A DNA stretch of 63,981 nucleotides, counting the filler, from Guillardia theta CCMP2712 (Eukaryota > Protista > Cryptophyta): NCBI RefSeq assembly GCF_000315625.1. It is 9 parts of 9 records of this genome, joined end to end, with 100 filler letters (N's around TTAATTAATTAA, not from the genome) between each part and the next. Parts side by side here need not be neighbours in the genome. Positions count along the whole stretch, not along the records: positions 1 to 23,636 come from NW_005434632.1; 8 more parts are not named here. One strand, given 5' to 3'. Position numbers and translations under genes: made by a program. Shown here in pieces: positions 1-10,569 of the stretch. The stretch's first letter is position 1, and every line of letters starts with the position of its first letter. The notes beneath the pieces are model-generated. The model worked only from the letters and a program-made list of their open reading frames with translations. It was not told where the DNA came from and ran no database searches.

Positions 1-80
1 TTCCTCCTCCTCCTCCTCCTCTCCTCCTCCTCCTCCTCCTCCTCTCCTCTCCCTCTCCTCTCCTCTCCTCTCCTCTCCTC

Positions 81-763
81 ACCTGAAGCCCTTCGCCCAG
101 ATCTGCTTTGCGTCATACTTCTCTGCTATACTTAAAATGCGCCTTGAGCTGCTGGGAGCTGGCAGCCTCGCTCGCGTCCTGCGACGTTCGCTTAGCGGGA
201 GGCACGCGCCTGTCTTTCCTCACTCGGCCTCTCGGACGGCACTGGCAGGCAGCGACGCGTCGTGGGGGGTGAGGATGCGATATCGCCGCTCAGGGACGAT
301 GCGCTTCAGACGAGGATGCTTGAGCTGATCCACCTGGAGGCCATCGCGAAGCACCTGCGAAGAGGTCGGAGGAGGTCGGAGGAGGTCGGAGGAGTCGGAG
401 GAGGTCGGGGGAGGTAGGGGCCCCTGCCTCTCTGAGTACCTTGACAACCATGAAGTCGCTCGGGAAGCTCTGACGAGTGAAGGGTCGGCTCTCCAGCACC
501 TCCTCCCACATCTTGCGAGGAAGAAGCTGTTGACAAGATGCTGTCAGGCATGCGAGCAGGCGAGCAGCATGAGAGAAGAGGGGGCGACTGACCTCGTCAA
601 GGATTTGGTGGCGAGTCTGGTGGTCAAGGAACTGAGTGAACTGGAAGATGAACTCTGAGGAAGTGTTAGCAAGCGTCCTCCCTCCCACAGGCCTTCACCT
701 CCTGCCACTCGTCGAGAAGCGATCTCAACCCCCGACACGTAGGGCGACCCCACGAGAACAACC
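81..763 (-). CDS. Multi-exon hypothetical protein (partial; likely continues beyond both coordinates)
   Basis: Short GT-AG-bounded segments join into non-repetitive peptide: VVLVGSPYVSGVEIASRRVAG / EFIFQFTQFLDHQTRHQILDE / LLPRKMWEEVLESRPF...VVK / VLRDGLQVDQLKHPRLKRIVPERRY. No family recognised. Confidence 0.45.
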
Positions 764-1409
764 TAGAGCAGCGAAGGTGAGGAATGCGGATTCCTCCTCC
801 GCTCCCCTCACTGCTATCCTCTGTCATCTACTTCGCTGTCGTTCTCTTCATTCTCACTGTTCCTCCACCTTGTGTCGAAACTACATCCCTTTCCCTTCGC
901 CCTGGTATCCTTTATCGCCACGTGGACCCACTACATTCAATGCTCCCCACCTTCTTCTTCCCCTCGTCCAAGACTCTTACTTTAGTTTCTTGTATGTATC
1001 TCCGGTGCATCATTCGTTCTCCTGTCTTGAGCTCTCCATCTTTCCTCCTTTTCTTCTCCTCCACCTCTCTTCCTCGGCTTCCCCTCTATCATTTTCCTGC
1101 CATTCGACATCTTCTTCTCTTCTCTTCTCTTCTCTTCTTTCTCCTCTTCTCGTCTTCTCTTCTTCTCTGTCTCTCCTCCCTCTTAACCTCTCTCGCTCAT
1201 CCTTCTCTTCATCTTTCCCCTCCTCTTCTCTTCCGCGTCAGCCGCTCTTACCAGGATCGCCCATGCTGCCAACATGCTTCGGGGATGAGGGTATGGGAAG
1301 TGAGGGAGATGAATTTCCCTCAAATCAGTTAACAAAAATGTTGGCGCCGAAAATTTCGTTCTCGCAGGAACCAAATGCTCCTTCTCCTCCACTCCTCTCC
1401 CCTCCCCTC

Positions 1410-1550
1410 CTATCTCTTCCCCTCCTATCTCTTCCTCTCCTATCTCTTCCTCTCCTATCTCTTCCTCTCCTATCTCTTCCTCTCCTATCTCTTCCTCTCC
1501 TATCTCTTCCTCTCCTATCTCTTCCTCTCCTATCTCTTCCTCTCCTATCT
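1410..1550. repeat. 15-bp tandem repeat (CTATCTCTTCCTCTC)n
   Basis: About 9 consecutive copies visible; source of the spurious LLSLP / GRDRR ORFs. Confidence 0.9.
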
Positions 1551-2078
1551 CCTCCCGCTATCATATCTCTCCCTACATGTCTCCTCTCCTTCCCTCCTCC
1601 CCTCCCCTCCCCTCTTTTCTCGCCTTCCCCTCTGTTATCCTGCCTTCCCATCTTCTCTTCCTCTCCCCTTCCATTTCTCCTACCCCATGGCATCATTTTC
1701 TCACCCATCCCCACCCATTGTCGCTTCTCATTTCATCCCATCTCAATCTTCTCTTCGCATCCTCCCCTGAGTAGCTCAGCCCGTCTCTGTCGATTTCTCT
1801 TCTGTGCGCAAAGATGCTCAGACGAATACAACCACCAGCCGCATGCTTGTTCTGCTTGTTCTGCTGAGCTCATAGTGATTTAGCTGTCGGTTGCTACTGG
1901 TTCCCGCGCTCTGCATGCTCTTTCTTTGATTCACCAACTGGGTTGACTGACGTCCGGATGTCGCAACAGGATCGATCGATGACAGTCCCGGGCAGAGACG
2001 TGCCCAGAGCCTGCCGAGAAATCTCGAGGCTGACAAGAGGAGACGAATAGTGGGGAGGCAGAGGAGGCGAAAGCAGCC

Positions 2079-3851
2079 ATGGGTTCTCTGCGTCGAGACG
2101 CGCAAGGAAGGGTGATATTTGAGCAGCTGGAGAATGGAGGAGAGGACGGGGAAGACTTCCTGCCTGAGTGGATGCGGGAGAGAGAAATGCGGGAAGCAAG
2201 CTCGCAGTCGGAGGAGGTGACCTTAAGGTCCACCGGCGCTCAAGCAAGATTCTTTGAGGCAGTTGCATGCCAGACGTCGAGCTTGCAGGACCTGCTGGCC
2301 CCACGTGAAGATTCGCAGGCGATCAGCAGCAAGTTGGTTAGCGACATGGAGAGTGCGCTGCGAGCAAACGCTTCTTCGCAGGCGTTCCAGGGATACTCAG
2401 CGAGGTGGGAGGAGAACTCGATTGAGAACCTGCACCTGTATACTTTATCCACTCCCGCGCAATCAGACTCTTCCTCGACTTCTTCTTCTGCTGCTGCTGC
2501 TGCCGTTCAGAGTGTCTTGTCTCTCTCGTGGAACTGCAGGGGCAATCTTCTCGCGGTCGCCTACGGCAGCATCTCTCTTCTCGGCACTGACACGCGAGAG
2601 TCACGCGTGGCGGTCTGGAACCTCTCGAGGATTTTCTTGCGAGAAGGAGAACCCGATGACGTCATTCTCGCGTCCTCCAGCGTCACTTCCGTTCAGTTCC
2701 ATCCCAGGCATCCCGGCCTCCTCCTCTACGGCACGTCGTCGGGGGAAGTGAGCGGGCATGACCTGGGGAGGAAGGAGAGCTTTCAAGTGCGTCACGGCTC
2801 CCAGATGCATCGTGAAAGCATCAGCGCCCTCGAGTGGACTTACGACGCTCTGCTGGGTGACTTCCACCTGCTCTCGAGCTCTCTTGAGGGAGCGATGGTG
2901 CTTTGGCGGCTCAAGGAAGGGGATGGGGTCGAGCTCTGGCCGCTTGCATCCTTCAAGATGGAGCCGCCAGAAGATACCAACGTCGCGAGCCTGGGGCTTG
3001 TCTTTGCTCATGGCACTCAGAAGTTGAAGCCGCTAGGCTTGACATGCTTGAGGGTGGAGCGACTCACAGGGATGGAGGCACTGAGAGAAGGAGAACAAGA
3101 GAAGAAAGGACGCCAGGAGACTGGAGGTTTTCTCATCGGCACAGAGGTTGGTGGAGTTTTCCGCTGCTTTCTCAACTACTCGAAGATTCACATGAAGGTC
3201 AAGGCTCAGCTCGGAGAAGATTGCTTCAGGCAGCCCTCCTCGTCCTTCTCTTCCTCCGCCTCCTCCTCAAAGCTTCAGCTGCCCAAGATGGAGTGTCCTA
3301 TCACGTACTCGTTTTATCCTCATATGGGACCTGTGCACTCCGTCGCATTCTCTCCGCTTCTCCGGAATCTTTTTGCTTCGTGTGCCGCTGATGGCATCAT
3401 TCGTGTACACTCCTCCCTGCAGGCTGCGCCGCTCCTCCTCCTCGAGCCCTCCGTCTTGTCCATCTACTGTGTCGCCTGGTCGCCAATGAAGCCCCTGGTT
3501 CTTGCAGCTGGAGGCAGCGGCGGCCTCGTCTTCCTCTACGACCTCACTGTCGACCCCTCCAACCCTGTGCAGACCATGCGGGCGTCTCCTCGGGTCGCTC
3601 GCGCAGGAGGAGCAGGAGGAGAAGGATGGGAAGTGGAGTCAGAGGAGAGGGAGGCTGGAAGCAACGTGAACGCGCTTCTCTTCCAGGAAAGCGGGTCTTT
3701 GCTGGCTGCTGGCTGCTGGTCGGGAGAAACTCATGTGTGGCGGCTGAGAAATGAGGTAGGAAGAGAGCCCTTGCCCGTCTCTTCTGACAGCCTTCAGTTG
3801 TGCGAGCAGGTGCCTGAAGACGGGGAAGCTGCCAAGAAATTGCTAGGATGA
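2079..3851 (+). CDS. WDR34: WD40 protein, dynein-2 intermediate chain WDR34/DYNC2I2 (FAP133)-like
   Basis: 590-aa ORF with WD repeats. LSWNCRGNLLAVAYG, FLIGTEVGGVFRC and FYPHMGPVHSVAFSPLLRNLFASCAADGIIRVHSSLQAAPLLLL...VAWSPMKPLVLAA match my recollection of the WDR34 C-terminal pattern. Confidence 0.85.
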   Translation: MGSLRRDAQGRVIFEQLENGGEDGEDFLPEWMREREMREASSQSEEVTLRSTGAQARFFEAVACQTSSLQDLLAPREDSQAISSKLVSDMESALRANASSQAFQGYSARWEENSIENLHLYTLSTPAQSDSSSTSSSAAAAAVQSVLSLSWNCRGNLLAVAYGSISLLGTDTRESRVAVWNLSRIFLREGEPDDVILASSSVTSVQFHPRHPGLLLYGTSSGEVSGHDLGRKESFQVRHGSQMHRESISALEWTYDALLGDFHLLSSSLEGAMVLWRLKEGDGVELWPLASFKMEPPEDTNVASLGLVFAHGTQKLKPLGLTCLRVERLTGMEALREGEQEKKGRQETGGFLIGTEVGGVFRCFLNYSKIHMKVKAQLGEDCFRQPSSSFSSSASSSKLQLPKMECPITYSFYPHMGPVHSVAFSPLLRNLFASCAADGIIRVHSSLQAAPLLLLEPSVLSIYCVAWSPMKPLVLAAGGSGGLVFLYDLTVDPSNPVQTMRASPRVARAGGAGGEGWEVESEEREAGSNVNALLFQESGSLLAAGCWSGETHVWRLRNEVGREPLPVSSDSLQLCEQVPEDGEAAKKLLG

Positions 3852-4912
3852 TGAGACGAGAGCAGAAGAGACCAGGAGGAGTAGGATGGGGCAAAGGCCA
3901 TCTAGAGTAAGTGCTGTAATCAACTCCACTCCTTCACGCCAAAAGGCTTCGAAGTTTGTTTCAAGCTTGCCTCCCGGGTCTCTTTATAACACCGTCACCA
4001 GTGCTCTTGCCGATTCAATACGCCGCTCTCGAGCATGAAGTGCACGTCGATCTCTCCGTTCTTGTAACTGTCTGAGCTAGTCAACGGCTCACTCTCATCC
4101 GATGATCATGGATTGTCCGCTAGTGACCGTACGGCCGGACGGTGAGGCGGGTCACCGGGCCGGGCCGGGCCGCCCGCCGCTCCGACCGGCGACATGCCAT
4201 TTTCGAGGCTCGGTACCGTATGACTCAGTGATCCGCCGGCATGCCAGTGTCCGAGGACGGTGACGTCAGTGACCGTTGAAGACTCGACCGATTGGACCGT
4301 ACTTGTCACTGGCTGCCGATTTAGACGGTCGGACTCGAGCCTGACTCTCAGTGCCCGGGCCGGGCAACTTGAAGGCACGGTGTCCGAGGTGCCGACGGGC
4401 CGGGGAGGGCCCGGCCCGGCCTACACTGGCACGATGATTATTGAGGCGGACTCTGTTTCAAGTTTATGCCGGGAAGTTTTGTCATTGAGGCTGAGGCGAG
4501 CTCTGTTAGTTAGTACTGATCGGATCACCCCCGAGAGTCACAGGCTTTTGTGTATCAACGAGTACCCCTTGTATGGTACCCCTTGTCGTGTATCCTCGAG
4601 TACCCCCATATACCACCCGTATATCTACCAACTGCCGATAATAACCCCCTCCCACGCAAAAATTTAACCCCCCTTGAGGGTGAGAGGGGTGGGGTCTTTC
4701 TGGACCATACTGAAACGTAACTTTGAGTAAAGAGAATCAGGGTATCTCAGTACATTATTGGGCTTTGAGTAAAAGCTTGTTGGATACACCTTCCTTTTTA
4801 ACCTGCAGCATGGCAGCCCCAGTCGTGAAGCTGTTCCTGTGCTGAAGTTGCTGCCCGAGCCACAACACTTCCATCACCTTCACTCCTTACCCAACCAGAT
4901 TCAGCATCATCC

Positions 4913-7900
4913 ATGAGCTCAAAGCTGCTTGCGCTCGTTATGCAGCCATCTCGGCTCACGTTCCTGCAGCGCAAGTCCAAGCTCTGCCTTGAGAGCAGCG
5001 ATGACAAGGTGCACTTCTTTGTCTTCCGATGGCATCAGGTCAAACACACGGATGGGCTTCGGCAGATAGATGAGGTTGAGGACAGAGAGTTGAGAGCCTT
5101 CGATGAACAGGTGTTTGCGGACGAGCTTCATAAAGAACTGCATGCGAGGATGAAACCAGAGCTGTCATGGTTGTTCAAGATCTATGCGCATAAGATTTAC
5201 CTGGACGTCAACTGCATCTCCTATCTGTCAGTCAACCACCAGGCGTTCAGCAAAGAGAGGTACCTGGGGTACTGCACGATGTTCGTGCCGGTGATAACCT
5301 GGGGTAAAGTGACAAGCGTGCTTGGCATACTGGAAGGAGTGCAGGAGGGGTCTGACAGGGAGTGCGAATTCCTACAGCTTGTACTTGCGATGATCTACCT
5401 GCTCGAGAAGAATGCCGGTCGATTGAGACTAGTCATGCCGATCCTTCGAGACGAGGGAGGAGGATTTGTACCTCTGGAGGAGGCCGTAGGGAGGCTGAGT
5501 AGCGCAGGATCAAGTTTGAACAGCCAGAAGGCGTGCTTGCTCTTGCTAGGGGCGGGAGTGCAGGAAGACAAGGACAAGATGCTGGCTTATCTGAGCGGCG
5601 TGTCGGTGCGAGATGCTGTGATGAAGCTTCTGTCGAACTCAAGCAGGAGGATACTGGGACTTGGAAGTGAACCTGCAGCAGTGCGAGGAGCATGCGGGGT
5701 GTACCTGGTAGCAAAGGGTCTAGACGAGAGGAGGAGTGCAGAGGGAGCTGGTGCTGTAATAACTGAGCACCTGGTTGATGAGCTGAGGGAGCAGGTAGCC
5801 GAACGGCTTTTGCATTATGAGAAGCACAACCCGCGGGGGTCAGAGATGACGCAGGTGTTGAAGCAGACTGGGACGTTCGAGCTCCTGCACGAGTTCTTTG
5901 CGCTTCGGGGCATCGACTCGCTAGACCGACTGACTGCGGTGAACACGATGAAGTCGATGAGGGGTGCGAGGACGTTGGATGACAGCGAGGAGTTGTGCGA
6001 AGAGATCAATAGAGCAAAGGAAACGTTTTACGACCAAGCGGTGGAAGCGATAGGAAGCATGGTAAACAAGTGCAGCAAGGATCAACGTTTCTTGCCGTTG
6101 GACACGAGGCTGGATGTATACAGAGACAACGAAGTTGACGGGATCCTGGCCCTGAGATCAAGTAATGCGCTGGAGACGGCGCTGCTGAAGACGCCAGCTC
6201 AATGCTGTGTTGCCTTCTTGGGCTGCCTTCAATATGCGTTCCAGGGTGTGATGATACGGAGAATGATAGAACGGAATTCTATCTGGTTGTTAGACCCTCA
6301 TGCACAGCTTCCAGTAGAGCCGAGGACAGTGCAGGTGTCTCGACTTGTCGATGCCTGCCTGGGCTTTGTGTGGGGATCCATGTACATGGCAGGGCTCTTG
6401 ATGTGCAAATACAATACGCCATTGAACGCGAAGCGTGTGTTTATAGGAGCAGCACATCTCATGCTTTGGCTGAAGATCATCTCGTCTATATCAGATTTCA
6501 TCCAGTGCGGACCCAGGGAATACGAATCTACAAGTTGCAGCGGGTTCTCTTCGTTTGTTATAATCGCCAGCATAGTGTTCGTTCTTTACTTTGTGCACTT
6601 CAAGCAGCACTACATCTGGATAGTCGCCTTCCTCTTCCAGGGAGCCTACTGCATCAGAGATGGGTTCATAACCCCCGAGGAATCAAAGATCATGTTTGTG
6701 GTTCTCGGGATTATCTGCCTCTTGATTGATGTTATGATTGTTGTCAAGTACCGGATCTGTTACTACCAGACTTTCAAAGATCTCAGTGTGGCCATGGAAG
6801 GCTTCGAGAAGACTTGGAGCCGGATCGTGGCCACCTGCACTGATAAGATAGATGATATCAGCAACAACGTGCAGACAATCTCACAGGAGCTAAAGATATG
6901 GACTCGAAGGCAAGGATGCTTGTTGGCGATGATGAAGGGACGAACTTCGCGGTACTCGAGTAGTTGCGGGAAGATTCGGCAGCAGAACAAAAGCATCGAG
7001 ACGTTGTTCGAGCATGCGCAGGAAGTCAGCGCCGCGTTCCAGATGTGGGTGGGGCAGTGGAACCCTGTGGGTGAAGTTGTGCATGGCAAAGTTAAGTCTT
7101 GCGAGCGAGCGATTCAGAAGACTGTGAGGTCGTACCACCGGGACGCGTCATGCTTGACCGACCTTGTGCGATGTACAGTGGTGGTGAAGACTGTGGAAGA
7201 GGTGCTGGTGTGGGTGAAGGGGTTGCGGTCAATGTCCGTGGTAGCTAAGGGACTGAGTGGATCCATAAATGAAGAGATCAAAATGTTGTCCATAGGCGAG
7301 GTAGGGGAGGGAGGCGAGGCGAGGTCTTTATCGCTGACGTGCACTTCAGGAGACGTATTTGAACATCACAAGCATCAAGAACAGGTAAGAGGAAGAGGGA
7401 AGGGAATCTACTGCGGTGAAGGAGCCAGAGCGTCAACATGGCAAGGGTAGGGAGGCTGATACTCTACGGGCAGATATGATTGGAGATGCAATCTAAAGGC
7501 TTGCGGCGGGTACCGGGACCTTTGTGTGTGTGTCGAGGTAAGACCGAGGAAGAGGCGGGTTTGAAGCAGCCAAACAGAGGAGAAATGTCAGAGGAGTGTG
7601 AAATGCTTTACAGGTGGGATGGACAGTGAACGCAACGAACAAGGAATGCACCTTTGTGCCGCTGAAGCAATGGGATACGACACCGAACCTTCGACGCCAT
7701 ATTTGTGAGATTCAGGTAGAGGACAATGAGAGGATGAGAGAGGAGACCTTTTTTCAAGGGGAGGAGAAGGGCACGATAGAAGAGAGGAGGAGAGGAAAGA
7801 TGGAGACTGATTGATAGAGGAAGAGAGGGGAGAAGGATTGTGGAGGGGAGACGAAGGCCGATATTGAACAAAAGGGACTGCAGGTGCTGTTGGAGGATCT

Positions 7901-7964
7901 GCACAAAGTGAAGAAGCACCTGCACAAGGAGTATGTAAACTTCCGCAACGTCCTATGTCAATAA
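4913..7964 (+). CDS. Multi-pass membrane protein with N-terminal TIR-like and SAM-like regions and a C-terminal RelA/SpoT-like nucleotidyltransferase domain (~889 aa, 5 exons)
   Basis: Exons 4913-7300, 7350-7384, 7474-7537, 7614-7715 and 7884-7964 join in frame through GT-AG introns. They give KVKSCERAIQK...LTDLVRCTVV...SIKNR...GGYRDL...HICEIQ...HKEYVNFR. About 6 hydrophobic helices lie at ~6190-6750. Confidence 0.75.
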
Positions 7965-8027
7965 CATACAATCCTCTGTTGGAGAATTTGTCAACGAAGA
8001 CTATGCTTCTGCTTGAGTTGATTTTAG

Positions 8028-8273
8028 CTAGTCACCAAATGGTTCTCGTGTGAGCGTGTAGATAGATGAGGTGATCGTCCTCCTCTGGTGCCGAACTTCA
8101 TCCTTCAACTCGCCTGCGGAGGAGAAGGCGGAGGAGGCAGTCTCCGGAGGAGAAGGCAGAGGCGGAGGAGAAGGCAGAGCAGGACGAGGACGAGGCGGAG
8201 GCGGAGGCGGAGGCGGACGAGAAGGCCTGAGCGCATCCGAATCCCACTCCGCTGTCAGCGTGGCTCCATGGTG
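8028..8273 (-). pseudogene. 3' fragment of an unidentified gene abutting the WDR34 duplicate
   Basis: Reads ...HHGATLTAEWDSDALRPSR-polyPro-...ELKDEVRHQRRTITSSIYTLTREPFGD*. Its 5' side is replaced by the duplicated block at 8274. Confidence 0.3.
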
Positions 8274-8852
8274 ATCATTCGTGTACACTCCTCCCTGCAG
8301 GCTGCGCCGCTCCTCCTCCTCGAGCCCTCCGTCTTGTCCATCTACTGTGTCGCCTGGTCGCCAATGAAGCCCCTGGTTCTTGCAGCTGGAGGCAGCGGCG
8401 GCCTCGTCTTCCTCTACGACCTCACTGTCGACCCCTCCAACCCTGTGCAGACCATGCGGGCGTCTCCTCGGGTCGCTCGCGCAGGAGGAGCAGGAGGAGA
8501 AGGATGGGAAGTGGAGTCAGAGGAGAGGGAGGCTGGAAGCAACGTGAACGCGCTTCTCTTCCAGGAGAGCGGGTCTTTGCTGGCTGCTGGCTGCTGGTCG
8601 GGAGAAACTCATGTGTGGCGGCTGAGAAATGAGGTAGGAAGAGAGCCCTTGCCCGTCTCTTCTGACAGCCTTCAGTTGTGCGAGCAGGTGCCTGAAGACG
8701 GGGAAGCTGCCAAGAAATTGCTAGGATGATGAGACGAGAGCAGAAGAGACCAGGAGGAGTAGGATGGGGCAAAGGCCATCTAGAGTAAGTGCTGTCAGTG
8801 TAATCAACTCCACTCCTTCACGCCAAAAGGCTTCGAAGTTTGTTTCAAGCTT
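8274..8852 (+). pseudogene. Near-identical duplicate of the WDR34 3' end and downstream sequence (copy of 3396-3968)
   Basis: Direct sequence identity. Differences I could see: one synonymous GAA>GAG and a 6-nt insertion after the stop. Confidence 0.95.
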
Positions 8853-8988
8853 ACACGGGCTGATCAGCCCAACGATGATTGAGGCGGGCTCTGTTTATGA
8901 GGAAGTTTTGTCATTGAGGCGAGCTCTGCTCTGCGGCTAGTACTGATCGGATCACCCGGGCCCGAGAGTCCGGATCACTGACAGGCTT

Positions 8989-9216
8989 TTGAGTATATCG
9001 GAATGTCATCAAGAATTGTATGATTTGAGACGCAAACAAATCAACAAGAATGGTATACTTGCTGACGAAGTGTCAGTGGTGCGGGGTTTGAAATGGTGCA
9101 GATCCACCAATTGTGTTCAAAACCGTATCAAGTCTCGTGATGTCAATGCTGCTATGAATATTCTATTGTGCTACATGTCTCTACCAGCACGACCAGATTT
9201 TCTGAAACGGCCTTGA
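8989..9216 (+). pseudogene. Fanzor/TnpB-like nuclease, C-terminal remnant (zinc-ribbon half plus RuvC-III)
   Basis: VRGLKWCRSTNC...SRDVNAAMNIL...RPDFLKR. The C-x4-C plus RDxNAAxNI motif is the TnpB/Fanzor RuvC-III signature; the trailing RPxxLxR is typical of eukaryotic Fanzors. Confidence 0.8.
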
Positions 9217-9400
9217 ATCACACATGGGTCTGGTTATACTTCAACCTGTTCTTCATAGAAAGGATCAAGTACGAGTCAGACACAAGGACTCTCAAATATT
9301 GGCGTGTGGGTCTTCCATGATCCATAATTTCGACGGGAAATTTAGAATTTTGAAATTTTATGTTTTGTGTCGTTTAGCTAATATCTAAAAGACAGGTCAA
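9217..9400 (+). ncRNA. Candidate Fanzor omega-RNA scaffold / element right end
   Basis: Nested stems just after the Fanzor stop: CATGG(9223)/CCATG(9315) encloses hairpins 9228-9281 and 9285-9314. Further hairpins at 9326-9342 and 9368-9394, then TCAA. Confidence 0.5.
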
Positions 9401-9496
9401 GAACTAACCTGTAACTAAACTGGAATCAGAGCTAAACTCTGACCAGTGCGAGGACCTATCCGATCCTTTCTCCCCTGGGTGAACAGGCAGCAAGAA

Positions 9497-10170
9497 TGAG
9501 CGAGTGAGCGAGGAGTAGACGATAAGTGAGCGAGTGAGCGAGGAGTAGACGATAAGTGAGGGAGTGAGCGAGGAGTAGACGATAAGTGAGGGAGTGAGCG
9601 AGGAGTAGACGATAAGTGAGGGAGTGAGCGAGGAGTAGACGATAAGTGAGGGAGTGAGCGAGGAGTAGACGATAAGTGAGCGAGTGAGGGAGTGAGCGAG
9701 GAGTTGATGATAAGTGAGCGAGTGAGCGAGTAGTTGATGATAAGTGAGCGAGTGAGCGAGTAGTTGATGATAAGTGAGCGAGTGAGCGAGTGAGCGAGTG
9801 AGCGAGGAGTAGACGATAAGTGAGGGAGTGAGCGAGGAGTAGACGATAAGTGAGGGAGTGAGCGAGGAGTAGACGATAAGTGAGGGAGTGAGCGAGGAGT
9901 AGACGATAAGTGAGGGAGTGAGCGAGGAGTAGACGATAAGTGAGGGAGTGAGCGAGGAGTAGATGATAAGTGAGGGAGTGAGCGAGGAGTAGACGATAAG
10001 TGAGGGAGTGAGCGAGGAGTAGACGATAAGTGAGGGAGTGAGCGAGGAGTAGACGATAAGTGAGGGAGTGAGCGAGGAGTAGACGATAAGTGAGGGAGTG
10101 AGCGAGGAGTAGACGATAAGTGAGGGAGTGAGCGAGGAGTAGATGATAAGTGAGCGAGTGAGCGAGTGAG
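9497..10170. repeat. 30-bp minisatellite (GAGTGAGCGAGGAGTAGACGATAAGTGAGG)n
   Basis: About 22 near-identical head-to-tail units, no spacers. Confidence 0.95.
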
Positions 10171-10569
10171 GCTCCCGCTGAAGCAATTCAAGAGCATTTG
10201 TTTGAGCCACGTGTGTTTTTCGATGCGATCTTGACCGGAGCCTCAGACATTGTTCCGTTCCTGAGTAGATAAGAAGTTGAGAAACAAGATGTTGTGACAG
10301 TCGACATCTGTTGAGAGAAGATGTACAAGATGAGAGATTTATTCTTAGATTGATGATGTAAAGACAGGCGGTAGGAAAGGATCTCCATTTTTTTTTCATC
10401 TTCAACCATACTGTACCTTGACATCCATGTCTGAATTCAAATACTAAGGGCTATTTGCGCATTGCCAACATGCTGTGCGGCGTGAGACTTTCGTGTACCG
10501 AATGATTGTGTACCAGAAGGGAGGGATCTGTAGTTGACTTCATCTTTAATTAGAAATCGAAGCTAGAAG

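Noticed and set aside
636-1883. 415-aa Ser/Leu/Pro-rich ORF
   Set aside because: Arises from pyrimidine-rich low-complexity sequence lacking stops.
9497-10170. 30-bp repeats as a CRISPR or guide array next to Fanzor
   Set aside because: Head-to-tail units with no unique spacers; an ordinary minisatellite.
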